Source of the DNA: a virus
Lineage: Duplodnaviria > Caudoviricetes
Virus record (IMG/VR): IMGVR_UViG_3300022741_000058
Coordinates: 1 to 35,157 of that record
DNA: 35,157 nucleotides
Direction: 5' to 3' (one strand)
Shown piece by piece: positions 34,792 through 35,157 of this stretch. Below the pieces are notes generated by a model. The model had not been told where the DNA came from. It made no database searches and was given only the letters and a program-made list of their open reading frames with translations. The position numbers and the translations under genes were made by a program. Within the stretch, counting starts at the first letter, position 1, and every line of letters begins with the position of its first letter.

Positions 34792-35157
34792 GTGAAACAG
34801 ATGGCAGGCGAATCCAAAACTGCAACAACGCGCAACGAGTTACTCGCTTCTGTTGAGAGTTGGGCAAGTGAAGCCGCCCAGGACTTCGGTTTACCGATTG
34901 AGAAGGCCGAGCATCTTGGTACTTATATAGCTGATCAGCTAGCAGAACACTTTGGTGGCAGCATGCTGTCGTTTCCCAAGGATCGCGCGTTTCGCATCCA
35001 CACTCGCGATATGGAAATCTATTCCAAATTCACCGGCAACAACCATCGCGCGCTTGCTAAAGAATATGACCTGGTTGATCGCGCAATCTATAAAATCGTT
35101 AAGAAAATGCAGCGCCGCTACGTACGCGAACGCCAACCGGACTTGGATTTATTCTGA
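34792..35157 (+). CDS. mor: Mor/C family transcription activator
   Basis: HFGG...FPK...RD.EIY.KF.GNN...LA.EY.L...IY.I; last early gene. Confidence 0.9.
   Translation: MKQMAGESKTATTRNELLASVESWASEAAQDFGLPIEKAEHLGTYIADQLAEHFGGSMLSFPKDRAFRIHTRDMEIYSKFTGNNHRALAKEYDLVDRAIYKIVKKMQRRYVRERQPDLDLF

Larger units (their letters stand above)
1..35157. mobile_element. Mu-like transposable (pro)phage, B3/BcepMu-type gene order, siphovirus-type tail; termini not in window
   Basis: DDE transposase plus AAA+ B protein, GemA, Mor, Com, DUF935 portal, gpF, gpG, gpI, gp36; early and late arms diverge from a central repressor/ner region; no sheath or baseplate wedge genes. Confidence 0.96.

Noticed and set aside
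1-35157. Phage ends (TG...CA, transposase binding sites), invertase cassette, tRNA genes
   Set aside because: The window starts and ends at stop codons of terminal genes; none of these were seen

Overview
The window is essentially the whole gene content of a transposable (Mu-like) temperate phage or prophage with a non-contractile tail. Its layout resembles B3/BcepMu: the repressor/ner switch is central (about 25.5-26.2 kb). Early genes run rightwards (DUF3102 protein, DDE transposase A, AAA+ transposase B, DUF3164, TraR/DksA finger, GemA, Mor). Late genes run leftwards (lysis, terminase, portal, head, tail, com plus a Dam-family methyltransferase). The TG...CA ends are not visible. An AT-rich accessory region lies at about 21.1-25.5 kb. 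The most unusual signal is five different 24-bp quasi-palindromes: four in tandem at 24949-25050 and one at 24638-24661. They share length and A-rich/T-rich ends with a perfect 26-bp palindrome inside the DUF3102 gene (28914-28939), and the four tandem units also share its CG centre. In that gene's codon register they read as alternative versions of the same nine-residue segment. This suggests a cassette or memory array tied to a variable segment of an early gene. Other leads: a 19-aa motif shared by the repressor C-terminus and the adjacent membrane protein N-terminus; a gp49/66-family (Acb4-like) fusion protein behind a symmetric bidirectional late promoter; a structured RNA candidate upstream of com; and a mosaic, dual-coding ORF after ner. 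Family assignments come from motif recognition only, with no database search.
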